Assembly (NCBI GenBank): GCA_963784705.1
Contig: CAWASC010000012.1
Location: 210,400-274,399 of the forward strand
Length of the DNA: 64,000 bases
Direction: 5' to 3'
Source of the DNA: an uncultured Actinomycetota bacterium
GTDB taxonomy: Bacteria > Actinomycetota > Actinomycetes > Mycobacteriales > SCTD01
A program made the position numbers and the translations under genes. The notes below the pieces were generated by a model that had not been told where the DNA came from, made no database searches, and saw only the letters and a program-made list of their open reading frames with translations. How positions within the stretch are numbered: position 1 is the stretch's first letter; each line of letters begins with the position of its first letter. Positions 1-9,234 of the stretch are shown here, piece after piece.

Positions 1-1071
1 CGCGTGACCGTCGACGGCGGCCCGGTCTGGCCTGGACCGGCGCTGCAGGTCGCGGCCCTCGGACTGCTGACCGCGGCCCTGGTCGCGGCGAACGGCGCCC
101 GGACGCGCCTGGCGCGCACGAGCTTCGGTGCGCGCCAGCTGCTGGCTGCTGTCGTCGCCCTCCTGGCCGCTGCTGCGCCCGTGGCGTGCGCCGGGGCGTG
201 GCTGGTGCGCGGGGCGGACGACCCGCTGCGCCGCAGTGACGTCGCGACGCTGCCGGCGTTCGCCCGCGCCGAGCTCGAGGCCAGCCCAGGGCTGCGCGTC
301 CTCGTGCTGGCTGCCCGCGCCGACGGAACCCTCGGCTATGCCCTCGGCACCGGCGACGGCCTCGGCCTGGAGGACGCCGCGTTGCGTTCGTCCGACGCGC
401 AGCGGGCCATGCTCTCCGCGCTGGTGGCTGATCTGGCCTCCCCGCGGGGCAGTGCCGCCGCTGAGGCGCTGGCCACCCGGGCGGTGCGTTACGTCGCCGT
501 ACGCCACCCCGACGCCAGCCTCGTCGCCACCTTGGACGCCCAAGCCGGGCTGGTCCGGCGTACGGCGGGAGACACCGACATGTGGCAGGTGGTGGCTCCC
601 TCGGCCCGGCTGAGCGTGCTCCCGCCCGCAACCGCGGCGCGTGCCCTGGCTGGCGACCCGGCCCCGACGGCCGACCTCCTGCGCGCCGGACGACCGCAAC
701 CGCTGCCTGCCGGTCGGGAGGGAGCCCGCGCCACTCTCCAGGCTGGTCCGGCGGGGCGGCTGCTGGTGCTGGCGGACGCCGCCGACCCCCGTTGGCGCGC
801 GACCGTGGACGGGCAGTCGCTGAAGCGTGTCACGGCCTGGGGATGGGCGCAGGCGTTCGTCCTCCCCGAGGACGGTGGGGCCTTGCAGGTCAGCTATGAC
901 CAGACCCGGCGCCATCTGGGACTGGTCGGTCAGGCGATCGGCCTGACCGCCGTGCTCGTCCTCTCGGCGCCCGGTGCGCGACGACGGCGGGGCCTCGAGG
1001 ACGACGTGGACGTGGAGGACGAGGACATGGCAGGCCCCCCGCAGCGACGCCTCCCGGTGGCCGCCCTGTGA
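1..1071 (+). CDS. membrane protein, C-terminal part (the gene enters from upstream of the window)
   Basis: The frame is open from base 1 (ORF track 4..1071) and third-position G/C is high. There are hydrophobic helices (LLTAALVAA, AAVVALLAAAAPVACAGAWL, LGLVGQAIGLTAVLVLSA). Its stop overlaps the next start (GTGA at 1068-1071). I do not recognise the function. From memory, a large glycosyltransferase-like membrane protein usually sits upstream of the DUF5719-type gene. Confidence 0.55.
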   Translation, partial: RVTVDGGPVWPGPALQVAALGLLTAALVAANGARTRLARTSFGARQLLAAVVALLAAAAPVACAGAWLVRGADDPLRRSDVATLPAFARAELEASPGLRVLVLAARADGTLGYALGTGDGLGLEDAALRSSDAQRAMLSALVADLASPRGSAAAEALATRAVRYVAVRHPDASLVATLDAQAGLVRRTAGDTDMWQVVAPSARLSVLPPATAARALAGDPAPTADLLRAGRPQPLPAGREGARATLQAGPAGRLLVLADAADPRWRATVDGQSLKRVTAWGWAQAFVLPEDGGALQVSYDQTRRHLGLVGQAIGLTAVLVLSAPGARRRRGLEDDVDVEDEDMAGPPQRRLPVAAL

Positions 1072-2561
1072 CCGGCCGGTTGCCCCGCGGCGCCGTGGTC
1101 GTGGCAGTGCTGCTTCTCGCCGGTGCCCTCGTCGGGGGCGGGACCGTCCCCACCCGCACCTCCCGACAGGCCGACCTGGTGGAGGTCGTCGGTGCGACGG
1201 CGGTCTGCCCCGACCTGCGGCAGGCCGCTGACTCGCTGGCCACGCGGGTCAGCGTCGGGGCGGCTCCGCTCCCGGAGGGCCGCAGGTCCAGCGGCGGTGC
1301 GGTCGAGGCGCTTCGTCTGTCCGCGAAGGGAAAGCCCGAGCCGGTCGGGGTGACCATGCCCGGCCAGGTCAGCGTCGGTCTGGGCACGAGCCTGAACGGC
1401 GACGGGCTGGTCGTCAGCTCCTCGGGCGCCTTGGCCGCGGGACTTGAGGTCGAGCAGGTGACCCGCGGCGAGTCCGGGATCGATCGAGGGCTGGCGGGTC
1501 TGCGCTGCGAGGCGCCGCGTACCGACGCCTGGTTCGTGGGAGGCGCGACGCTGATCGGGGACTCGACCGTCCTCGTGCTGGCCAACGTCGACGACACCCC
1601 CGCCACGGTCGACGTGACGGTGTTCGCGGCCGCGTCCAAGGAGGGGCCGCCGGACCCGCGGCTGGGGCAGGGCCTCACGATCGCGCCGCACACGCGGCAG
1701 GTCGTCGCGCTCGACACCCTCGCCCCCGACCGCAACCAGCTCGTCGTGCACGTGGCCAGTCGCCGGGGTCGCTTCGCCGCCGGGCTGCGCTACGGCAAGC
1801 TCGACGGCACCGTGCCCCAGGGCGTCGACTGGGTGCCCATCTCGACGGCGCCGTCGTCGCGGGTCGTCGTCCCGGGCATCCCGCAGGGACCGGGCACCAG
1901 GGCCCTCATCGTCGGCAACCCCGGCACGGACGACGTCGTGGTCGACGTCCAGGTGACCACGGTGGACGGCCAGTTCGTGCCCACCAAGCTCAGCGGCGTG
2001 ACGGTGCCGGCGGGACAGACCACGACGCTGAGGATCGACCCGTTGGCGGCCGACAGCGCGCTGGCGGCGGTCGTCACGAGCACTGGTGGGCCAGTGGTGG
2101 CGGGCGGGTTCGTGCAGGACCGGCAGACCGGGGGGATCCGGGAGTTCGCCTTCACCGGAGGCTCCACGTCGCTGTCGGGTCCGGCACTGCTGACCGACCT
2201 GGTCATCAACCGGCCGACCGAGAGCACGCTGATCCTGAGCGCTCTGGACGGGGCGGCGTCGGTGGTGATCCGTCCGATCCGCGTGGTCGGCACGCGCGGC
2301 GCCCTGCCGACGGCCCGACGGGTCCAGATCCCCGCCGGGCGGACGGTCTCTTACAAGCTCTCGACCCTCTACCCACCCGGCACCGAGACGAAGCTGGCCG
2401 TGCAGGTGCGCCCGGACGACGGGTCCGGGCCGGTCTACGCCGCTCGTTACCTGCGCGAGCGCGGCGCCCGGGGGCCGCTCAGCACGCTGCTGGACCTGCA
2501 GGGACCGGCCGAGCTCGTCGTCCGCCCGGTCGTCGTGGAGAACCGCTCGCTCGGCTCCTGA
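1068..2561 (+). CDS. DUF5719-like protein with an N-terminal membrane anchor
   Basis: A 497-aa ORF with a GTG start overlapping the upstream stop. The N-terminal hydrophobic segment is VVVAVLLLAGALVGG. The remainder is beta-rich (V/T/G). The family name is assigned from memory of the conserved actinobacterial neighbourhood, not from a search. Confidence 0.65.
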   Translation: MTGRLPRGAVVVAVLLLAGALVGGGTVPTRTSRQADLVEVVGATAVCPDLRQAADSLATRVSVGAAPLPEGRRSSGGAVEALRLSAKGKPEPVGVTMPGQVSVGLGTSLNGDGLVVSSSGALAAGLEVEQVTRGESGIDRGLAGLRCEAPRTDAWFVGGATLIGDSTVLVLANVDDTPATVDVTVFAAASKEGPPDPRLGQGLTIAPHTRQVVALDTLAPDRNQLVVHVASRRGRFAAGLRYGKLDGTVPQGVDWVPISTAPSSRVVVPGIPQGPGTRALIVGNPGTDDVVVDVQVTTVDGQFVPTKLSGVTVPAGQTTTLRIDPLAADSALAAVVTSTGGPVVAGGFVQDRQTGGIREFAFTGGSTSLSGPALLTDLVINRPTESTLILSALDGAASVVIRPIRVVGTRGALPTARRVQIPAGRTVSYKLSTLYPPGTETKLAVQVRPDDGSGPVYAARYLRERGARGPLSTLLDLQGPAELVVRPVVVENRSLGS

Positions 2562-2563
2562 GG

Positions 2564-3046
2564 TCAGGCCGGCGGGTCCACGACGTCGGGGTCGAGCCCG
2601 AGCAGCTGCGCCACCTGGTCGACGACCACCTCGTGCACCAGGTCCGCGAGGTCGTGCCGGCCGTGCCCGCGGGCCTCCAGCGGCCGTCGGTAGACCACCA
2701 CCCGCGCCGGGGCCCCCGCTCCCGCGGGCAGCAGGCGTCCGAGGGGCACCGGCCCCCCGGCGGTCTCGTCGGCCACCACCCCCGCCTCGGACCCCGTCTC
2801 CGGCGGCGGGACGTCCTCGACCGCGAACTCCACCTCGCTCAGCTCTGCGGACCACCGGCGCTCGAGCGACGCGATGGCATCGCGTACCAGCTCGTCGAAC
2901 CGGTCCGATCGTGAGCTCCACACCGGGATCCGGACTCTGCGTCCTGCCACGTCAGCGGTGGGCGGGACCAGGCGCCCCCGCAGCCCGCGACCGTGCCGGT
3001 CCCGGCGCCGCCCCGGTCCTGCTGCGCGCTCCGTCCCCTCCGTCAC
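2564..3046 (-). CDS. metallopeptidase-family protein (small Zn-dependent, DUF1025-like)
   Basis: A 160-aa ORF. The N-terminal RRRDRHGRGLRG..P and the acidic FDELVRDAI...VEFAVEDVPP region are typical of this small family. It sits in the conserved position next to DUF3499 and manB. Confidence 0.65.
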   Translation of the reverse strand: MTEGTERAAGPGRRRDRHGRGLRGRLVPPTADVAGRRVRIPVWSSRSDRFDELVRDAIASLERRWSAELSEVEFAVEDVPPPETGSEAGVVADETAGGPVPLGRLLPAGAGAPARVVVYRRPLEARGHGRHDLADLVHEVVVDQVAQLLGLDPDVVDPPA

Positions 3047-3138
3047 GCGCCCGAGCCTGCCACGTCCGGTGACCTGCGCGGCGCGTCACAGGCCGTTGTG
3101 ATGGTGGTCAGGCCCGCGGGCGGCTAGCGTCCAGCGGC

Positions 3139-3501
3139 GTGAGTCCTGTCCGGCGTTGCTCCCGCACTGCCTGCGCGCTGCCTGCTGTCGCGACCCTGAC
3201 CTACGTCTACGCCGACTCCACCGCGGTGGTCGGTCCGTTGGCGATGTTCGCCGAGCCCCACACCTACGACCTGTGCGAGACGCACGGGCACCGGCTGACC
3301 GCTCCCCGAGGCTGGGAGGTCGTGCGCCACGACCCCGACCCGGCGCAGACGCGGGCGCGCTCGAGCGACGACCTCGAGGCGCTCGCCGACGCCGTACGCG
3401 AAGCGGCACGTCCGGCCGCAGAGCGGGCCGGAGCCTCCAGGGCGCCGGTCGAGGTCGCGGGGCGCAGGGGGCACCTGCGGGCCGTCCCCACCCCCGGGTG
3501 A
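3139..3501 (+). CDS. DUF3499 family protein
   Basis: A 120-aa ORF beginning MSPVRRCSRTAC..AVATLTYVYADSTAVVGPL....HTYDLCETH..RLTAPRGWEV, the hallmark of DUF3499 found upstream of manB in actinobacteria. Confidence 0.75.
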   Translation: MSPVRRCSRTACALPAVATLTYVYADSTAVVGPLAMFAEPHTYDLCETHGHRLTAPRGWEVVRHDPDPAQTRARSSDDLEALADAVREAARPAAERAGASRAPVEVAGRRGHLRAVPTPG

Positions 3502-3641
3502 GCGGCCTCCGCAGTCACCTGACCGTCCCCTTTGTCCGATTTGCCCCGGACACGCCTGATGCTCAAGGGATCTGGCGGTTGCTCCGAAAGGCTCTCAAGA
3601 CACCCGTCAGCAAGAGCCGGACTGCTCAGGAGACTTCCCCC

Positions 3642-3851
3642 ATGTCGCTCGTGACCACCCCCACCAGCCAGCTCGCCACCTGCGGCACCTGTGCCAGCAC
3701 CCGGGTCACCCACATCACCATGACCCTGACCGACGGCTCGGTCGTCGACTTCAGCTCCTGCCACGCCTGCGAGACCAAGACGTGGACCGAGGCCGGCACC
3801 GGCCTCGACGTCAGCGACGTCCTGCGCAAGGCGCAGAAGATCAAGCCCTGA
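3642..3851 (+). CDS. small zinc-ribbon-like protein (69 aa)
   Basis: ATG at 3642 is preceded by AGGAG (3627-3631). This is the C-terminal 69 aa of track ORF 3156..3851. Two CxxC pairs are present (CGTC ... CHAC). Third-position G/C is high. Confidence 0.6.
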   Translation: MSLVTTPTSQLATCGTCASTRVTHITMTLTDGSVVDFSSCHACETKTWTEAGTGLDVSDVLRKAQKIKP

Positions 3852-3889
3852 GCACCAGCCGGTAAGCCGCGGCCGCTAGCCTCGGCAGC

Positions 3890-5299
3890 GTGACCGAGCC
3901 TGAGACGTCCGCACCGAAACCTGACCTGTCGAAACCTGACCTCTCGAAACCTGACCTCTCGAACATCGTCAAGGCGTACGACGTCCGCGGTGTCGTGCCC
4001 GACGAGCTGGACCCGCAGATCGCCCGCGCGCTGGGCGCTGCGTTCGCGCGGTTCGTGAAGGCGCCGTGCATCGTGACCGCACGCGACATGCGCGACAGCG
4101 GCATCGAGATCAGCACCGCGTTCGCCGAGGGCGTGACCGCGCAGGGCGTGGACGTCGTGGAGTCGGGACTGGGCTCCACCGACCTGCTCTACTACGCCGC
4201 CGGGTCGATGGGGATGCCCGGCGCGATGTTCACCGCGAGTCACAACCCTGCCAAGTACAACGGCATCAAGCTCTGCCTGGCCGGTGCCAAGCCGGTGGGG
4301 CAGGAGAGCGGCCTGGCGGAGATCCGGGCCGAGGCCGAGCGCTTCCTCGTCGAGGGCATCCCGGTCGAGACGCACGCCGGCACGGTCACCCAGCAGGACG
4401 TGCTGGCGGGCTACGCGGCGTACATGAAGCAGCTCGTCCCGGACCTCGAGGGCATCCGCCCGCTGAAGGTCGTCGTGGATGCCGGCAACGGCATGGGCGG
4501 CCACACCGTGCCGACCACCTTCGCCGGCCTGCCGCTGGACGTGACCGAGATGTACTTCGCCCTCGACGGCAGCTTCCCCAACCACGAGGCCAACCCGATC
4601 GACCCGGAGAACCTGCGCGACCTGCAGGCGCGGGTCCTCGCCGAGGGCGCCGACCTCGGCCTGGCCTTCGACGGCGACGCCGACCGGTGCTTCGTCGTCG
4701 ACGAGCGTGGCGAGATCGTCAGCCCCTCGACGCTCACCGCCCTCATCGCCGCTCGCGAGCTGAAGCGGGCCCCTGGCTCTGCGGTGATCCACAACCTCAT
4801 CACCTCGCGCAGCGTGCCCGAGGTCATCGCCGAGCACGGCGGCACGCCGGTGCGCACGCGCGTCGGGCACAGCTTCATCAAGGCCAAGATGGCCGAGCAC
4901 GACGCGGTCTTCGGCGGCGAGCACTCCGGGCACTTCTACTTCCGCGACTTCTGGAACGCCGACTCCGGCATGCTCGCGGCGCTGCACACGATCGCCGCGC
5001 TCGGCCACACCGACGGGCCGCTCTCCGGCCTGCTGTCGACGTACGACCGCTACGCCGCGTCGGGCGAGATCAACAGCACGGTCGACGACCAGACCGCCCG
5101 CGTGGCGGCGATCAAGAGCGCGTACGCCGGGAAGCCGATGGACGAGCTCGACGGGCTGACCGTCGACCTTGGCGAGGGAGCGTGGTTCAACGTGCGGGCC
5201 TCCAACACCGAGCCGCTGCTGCGCCTGAACGTCGAAGCACCCGCCGCGGGCACCATGGCGGCAGTGCGTGACGAGGTGCTCGCCCTCATCCGCGGCTAG
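3890..5299 (+). CDS. manB: phosphomannomutase/phosphoglucomutase
   Basis: A 469-aa ORF. The active-site loop is TASHNPAKYNGIK, the metal loop is FDGDADRC, and GEHSGH is present. The N-terminus carries a (KPDLS)x3 repeat insertion. Confidence 0.92.
   Translation: MTEPETSAPKPDLSKPDLSKPDLSNIVKAYDVRGVVPDELDPQIARALGAAFARFVKAPCIVTARDMRDSGIEISTAFAEGVTAQGVDVVESGLGSTDLLYYAAGSMGMPGAMFTASHNPAKYNGIKLCLAGAKPVGQESGLAEIRAEAERFLVEGIPVETHAGTVTQQDVLAGYAAYMKQLVPDLEGIRPLKVVVDAGNGMGGHTVPTTFAGLPLDVTEMYFALDGSFPNHEANPIDPENLRDLQARVLAEGADLGLAFDGDADRCFVVDERGEIVSPSTLTALIAARELKRAPGSAVIHNLITSRSVPEVIAEHGGTPVRTRVGHSFIKAKMAEHDAVFGGEHSGHFYFRDFWNADSGMLAALHTIAALGHTDGPLSGLLSTYDRYAASGEINSTVDDQTARVAAIKSAYAGKPMDELDGLTVDLGEGAWFNVRASNTEPLLRLNVEAPAAGTMAAVRDEVLALIRG
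3917..3961 (+). repeat. 15-bp x3 in-frame tandem repeat, (KPDLS)3, in the manB 5' end
   Basis: Units are aaacctgacctgtcg / aaacctgacctctcg / aaacctgacctctcg, read directly from the sequence. Confidence 0.95.
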
Positions 5300-5309
5300 A
5301 TTGACGGCC

Positions 5310-5480
5310 ATGACGCTTGACGCCGCTCTGCTCGAGATCCTCGCCTGCCCCGACTGCAAGGCGCCGCTGACCCACGACGAGAAGGCCAGCGAGCTGGTGT
5401 GCACCGGTTGCGGCCTGGCCTACCCGATCCGCGACGGCATCCCGACCCTGCTCGTCGACGAGGCGCGCAAGCCCTCCTGA
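5310..5480 (+). CDS. Trm112 family protein
   Basis: ATG at 5310, which is an internal start of track ORF 5268..5480. The 56-aa product is LLEILACPDCKAPL....LVCTGCGLAYPIRDGIPTLLVDEAR, the classic Trm112 zinc-ribbon pattern. Confidence 0.8.
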   Translation: MTLDAALLEILACPDCKAPLTHDEKASELVCTGCGLAYPIRDGIPTLLVDEARKPS

Positions 5481-6603
5481 TGGATCCCGACCTGCTGCTG
5501 GACAGCCCGTCGGACCTGCAGACCGCGGACCCGGGCCAGATGCTGCCCGCCGTGGCGTCGGCCGCCGCTCAGGTGCGTGAGGCCGCGGCGCTCAGCATCG
5601 AGGCGGGCGTCGAGCGGCTGCGCGACGAGGACCGGCCGCGCGCGGTCGTCGTCCTCGGCATGGGCGGGTCCGGCATCGCCGGTGACGTGCTGGCCGCCGT
5701 GGCCGGACCGGCGTGCCCCGTGCCGGTGCTCAGCCACCGCGGCCACGGGCTGCCGACCTGGGTCGGTGCGGCGGACCTGGTGATCGCCGTGTCCTGCAGC
5801 GGCAGCACCGAGGAGACCCTCTCCGCCCTGGACGAGGCCGTACGCCGGGGCTGCCGACTGCTCGTGGTCGGCGCTGCGGGTTCGCCGGTGGAGGCGCTGG
5901 CCCTGCGGGGACGCGCTCTGTTCGTCCCGGTCACCCAGGGCCGGCAACCCCGTGCCTCGGTGTTCGCTCTGTCGACGCCGCTGGTCGTCGCCGCCGACGC
6001 GCTGGGGCTGCTGTAGCTGCAGCCGTGAGGACGTCGAGGCGACCGCGGTGCTGCTCGAGCAGCTCGCCGCCCGCAACCGCCCCGACGCCGACACCGTCCT
6101 CAACCCGGGCAAGACGCTGGGGCTGTCGCTGCTCGACCGCGTCCCCGTGGTGTGGGGCAGCTCGCCCCTGGCCGGCGTCGCGGCGTACCGCTTCGCCTGC
6201 CAGCTCAACGAGAACGCTCAGGTGCCCGCAGCCTGGGGCGTCCTGCCCGAGGCCGGGCACAACCAGGTCGTCGCGCTCGACGGGCCGTTCGCCGGTGGGC
6301 CACGCGACATCTTCGCCGACCCCGACGAGTCGGCAGAGCGCACCCGGATGCACCTGGTGCTGCTGCGCGACACCGAGGAGCACCCGGCCGTCGCGCGCCG
6401 CGCCCTCGTCTGTCGCGACCTCGCGCGCCAGCGCGGCGTCGAGGTCAGCGAGCTGCGTCGCGGAGGGGCTCTCGCCGTTCCAGCGGATCGCCTCGCTCAT
6501 CGCGGTCGGTGACTGGGCCTCGACCTACCTCGCCCTGGCCCAGGGCATCGACCCGACCCCCGTCGAGGCGATCACCGAGCTGAAGGGAGCCCTGAGCCGA
6601 TGA
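5480..6603 (+). pseudogene. SIS-domain bifunctional phosphoglucose/phosphomannose isomerase, interrupted
   Basis: One protein is spread over three frames. Frame 2 covers 5480-6016 (MDPDLL...VVLGMGGSGIAGD...VSCSGSTEET...ADALGLL, then TAG at 6014). Frame 0 runs to about 6465 (EDVEATAVLLEQL...VVWGSSPLAGVAAYRFACQLNENA...). Frame 1 runs to 6603 (AEGLSPFQRIASLIAVGDWASTYLALAQGIDPTPVEAI). Each switch is a +1 shift. Confidence 0.75.
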
Positions 6604-7523
6604 GCGCTCCCGGCAGTGGCAGCAAGGCGATCCTCGCGGCGCTGGCCGCGAACCTGTCCATCGCGGTGGCGAAGTTCGTCGGCTTCCTGCTGACCAGCTC
6701 GTCGTCGATGCTCGCCGAGAGCGTGCACAGCGTGGCCGACTCCGGCAACCAGGTGCTCCTGCTGGTCGGCGGCAAGCGGGCGGCCCGCGAGGCCGACGAG
6801 GCGCACCCGTTCGGCTTCGGCCGGGAGCGCTACTTCTACTCGTTCGTCGTCGCGCTGGTGCTGTTCAGCGTCGGGTCGCTGTTCGCGGTCTACGAGGGCA
6901 TCCACAAGATCGGTCACCCGGAGGACCTCGACACCCCGTCGATCGCGATCGGCATCCTGCTGTTCGCGATCGTCGCGGAGGGCTTCTCGTTCCGCACGGC
7001 GATCCGCGAGTCGCGGCCGCTCAAGGGCGAGATGACGTGGGTGCAGTTCATCCGACGGGCCAAGACCCCTGAGCTGCCCGTCGTGCTGCTCGAGGACTTC
7101 GCCGCCCTGATCGGGCTGGTGCTCGCGCTCGGCGGCGTCGGCCTGGCGCTGGCCACCGACGACCCGGTCTGGGACGGCATCGGCACCCTGGCCATCGGCA
7201 TCCTGCTCGGCGTCGTCGCCATCGTGCTGGCGGTCGAGATGAAGGGCCTGCTCATCGGCGAGTCGGCGTCGAAGGCCTCGGTCGTCGCGATCCGCTCGGC
7301 GCTGGTCGACGGGACCTCGGTGCTCCGGGTCATCCACCTCAAGACGATGCACCTCGGGCCGGAGGAGCTGCTCGTCGCCGCCAAGATCGCCGTTGCGCCA
7401 GGGCTTTCGCTACCCGCCGTCGCTCGCGCCATCGACGAGGCCGAGGTGCGGGTGCGCGCGGTCGAGCCGCTGGCCCGGCAGATGTACCTCGAGCCCGACC
7501 TCGACCGTGGCGGGACGCCCTAG
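6600..7523 (+). CDS. cation diffusion facilitator family transporter
   Basis: A 307-aa ORF with an ATGA overlap to the upstream gene. CDF signatures are present (LAESVHSVADSGNQVLLL, HPFGFGRERYFYSF), with six predicted TM segments and a C-terminal cytoplasmic domain. Confidence 0.9.
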   Translation: MSAPGSGSKAILAALAANLSIAVAKFVGFLLTSSSSMLAESVHSVADSGNQVLLLVGGKRAAREADEAHPFGFGRERYFYSFVVALVLFSVGSLFAVYEGIHKIGHPEDLDTPSIAIGILLFAIVAEGFSFRTAIRESRPLKGEMTWVQFIRRAKTPELPVVLLEDFAALIGLVLALGGVGLALATDDPVWDGIGTLAIGILLGVVAIVLAVEMKGLLIGESASKASVVAIRSALVDGTSVLRVIHLKTMHLGPEELLVAAKIAVAPGLSLPAVARAIDEAEVRVRAVEPLARQMYLEPDLDRGGTP

Positions 7524-7975
7524 AACCGCTTGATCGTCATCCGCGGTCGCATCACGGCGGTCTGCGCGTCGCCGGCCTCGAGGCGGAACACCACCTCGAC
7601 GTCGAACGACGCCGACCCGCGCTCGGCGAAGCGCTCGCGCACCGGTTGAGGCTCGTCGGCCAGCCGGGCGGTCGCCAGCACCGGCCCGACGGTGAGGGCC
7701 TGGTACTCCACCGAGGCGCCCTTGATGAGCGGCACGCCGCCGTCCTGCACCAGGTCGCCGAACGCCTTGAGCAGCAGGGCGAACGCCGCGAGCTCCCCGA
7801 GCCCGAACAGCGCGGCGGCGTGCGGACCGCCGAGGTGGTTGTGCAGCTCAGGTCCGGCGTCCAGTCGCAGGACGGCGCGGTCGGTGGTGGCCTCGACGAG
7901 GGTCGGCCCGAGGGTGCGCAGGAACCCCTGCCCCTCGGCGAACACGGTCGCGACGTCGATCTCGGGGGCGGTCAT
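7520..7975 (-). CDS. hotdog-fold thioesterase (PaaI/DUF4442-like)
   Basis: This is the C-terminal 151 aa of track ORF 7520..8665, with ATG at 7975. The sequence runs ...RAVLRLDAGPELHNHLGGPHAAALFGLGELAAFALLL... The rest of the long ORF is an antisense shadow. Its stop shares CTAG with the convergent CDF gene. Confidence 0.65.
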   Translation of the reverse strand: MTAPEIDVATVFAEGQGFLRTLGPTLVEATTDRAVLRLDAGPELHNHLGGPHAAALFGLGELAAFALLLKAFGDLVQDGGVPLIKGASVEYQALTVGPVLATARLADEPQPVRERFAERGSASFDVEVVFRLEAGDAQTAVMRPRMTIKRF

Positions 7976-9234
7976 GCGCCGTAGTGTGCACCGGGTGAGC
8001 GACGTGGCCGACCTGACCCTCGCCGACCAGGGTGCGCGGCGGGTGGCGTGGGCCGAGCGGTCGATGCCGGTGCTGGGCCTGCTGCGCGAGCGCTTCGCGG
8101 CGGAGCGCCCGCTGACCGACCTCACCGTCGCCGCCTGCATGCACGTCACCCCGGAGACGGCGGCGCTGGTCCGCACGCTCACCGCCGGAGGCGCTGCCGT
8201 GCACCTGGCCGCCAGCAACCCGCTGTCCACCCAGGACGACATCGCCGCTGCGCTCGCCGCCGAGGGGGTCGGGGTGCATGCCCGGCACGGCGTCGACCGG
8301 AACGGGTACGCCGGACACCTGCGCGCGGTCCTCGCGGCCAAGCCCCACCTGGTGCTGGACGACGGCTGCGACCTGGTGAGCCTTCTGCACGCCAGCCCCG
8401 TCGCTGCGGCGGGGCGTGCAGGCCGGCATCGAGGAGACGACGACCGGTGTGCTGCGGCTGCGGCAGATGGCAGCAGACGGCGCGCTGAAGCTGCCGATGG
8501 TCGCGGTGAACGACACCGCGGTGCAGCGCCTGGTCGCCAACCAGCACGGCACCGGGCAGTCGACGCTCGACGCCGTGGTTCGCTCCACCGGTGTGCTGCT
8601 CGCCGGCACGACGGTCGTCGTGGCCGGCTACGGGGCGTGCGGCCACGGGATCGCCGACCGGGCACGGGGTCTGGGCGCGCACGTCATCGTCGTCGAGTGC
8701 GACCCGGGTCGCGCGCTCGAGGCCGTCCTGGCCGGGCACCGGGTGCTCCCGCTCGTCGACGCGGCCCCGGTCGGCGACGTCTTCGTCACGGCAACGGGCA
8801 ACCGCGACGTCCTGCGGCCGGAGCACTTCGCGGTGATGAAGGACGGAGCGGTTCTCGCGAACGCCGGTCACTTCGACGTGGAGGTCGACGTGGTCGGGCT
8901 GGCCGCGGCGGCCGTCGAGGTGCATCGACGGGTCCGACCGCACGTCGACAGCTACCTGCTGCCCGACGGCCGTCAGCTGCTGCTCGTCGCCGAGGGACGG
9001 CTGGCCAACCTCGCCGCTGCCGAGGGGCACCCCGCCTCCGTCATGGACGTGAGCTTCGCCGTACAGGCCCTGACGGTGGAGTGGCTGCACGGGCGGACGC
9101 TGAAGCCGGGCGTCCACGACGTACCTCCGGAGATCGACGCGGAGGTGGCGCGCACCAAGCTCGCCGCGATGGGCGTGGTGCTCGAGCCGCTGACCGTGGA
9201 GCAGGAGCGCTACCTGTCGACCTGGCGCGCATGA
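7974..9234 (+). pseudogene. adenosylhomocysteinase-like paralog (short type), frameshifted
   Basis: The N-terminal half is in frame 0: SDVADLTLADQGARRVAWAERSMPVLGLL...CMHVTPETAALVRTL...LVLDDGCDL. The C-terminal half is in frame 1 (track ORF 8416..9234): IEETTTGVLRL...VVVAGYGACGHG...NAGHFDVEVD...EGRLANLAAAEGHP. The break lies at the G4 run 8411-8414. The start could be ATG 7974 or GTG 7986/7995. Confidence 0.75.

Noticed and set aside
930-2921. Very long minus-strand ORFs opposite annotated genes, for example 930..2921 (663 aa), 3626..5404 (592 aa), 10158..11663 (501 aa), 15618..17372 (584 aa), 57848..59614 (588 aa) and 60302..62497 (731 aa).
   Set aside because: Their products are dominated by R, G, P, A and H with no recognisable motifs. 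They lie exactly antisense to genes with strong family signatures. In very GC-rich DNA, stop codons are rare in shadow frames, so ORF length alone means nothing.
7520-7523. Convergent CDF and thioesterase genes share the palindrome CTAG as both stop codons.
   Set aside because: It is real but trivial, a coincidence of TAG stops on both strands. No functional implication can be supported.
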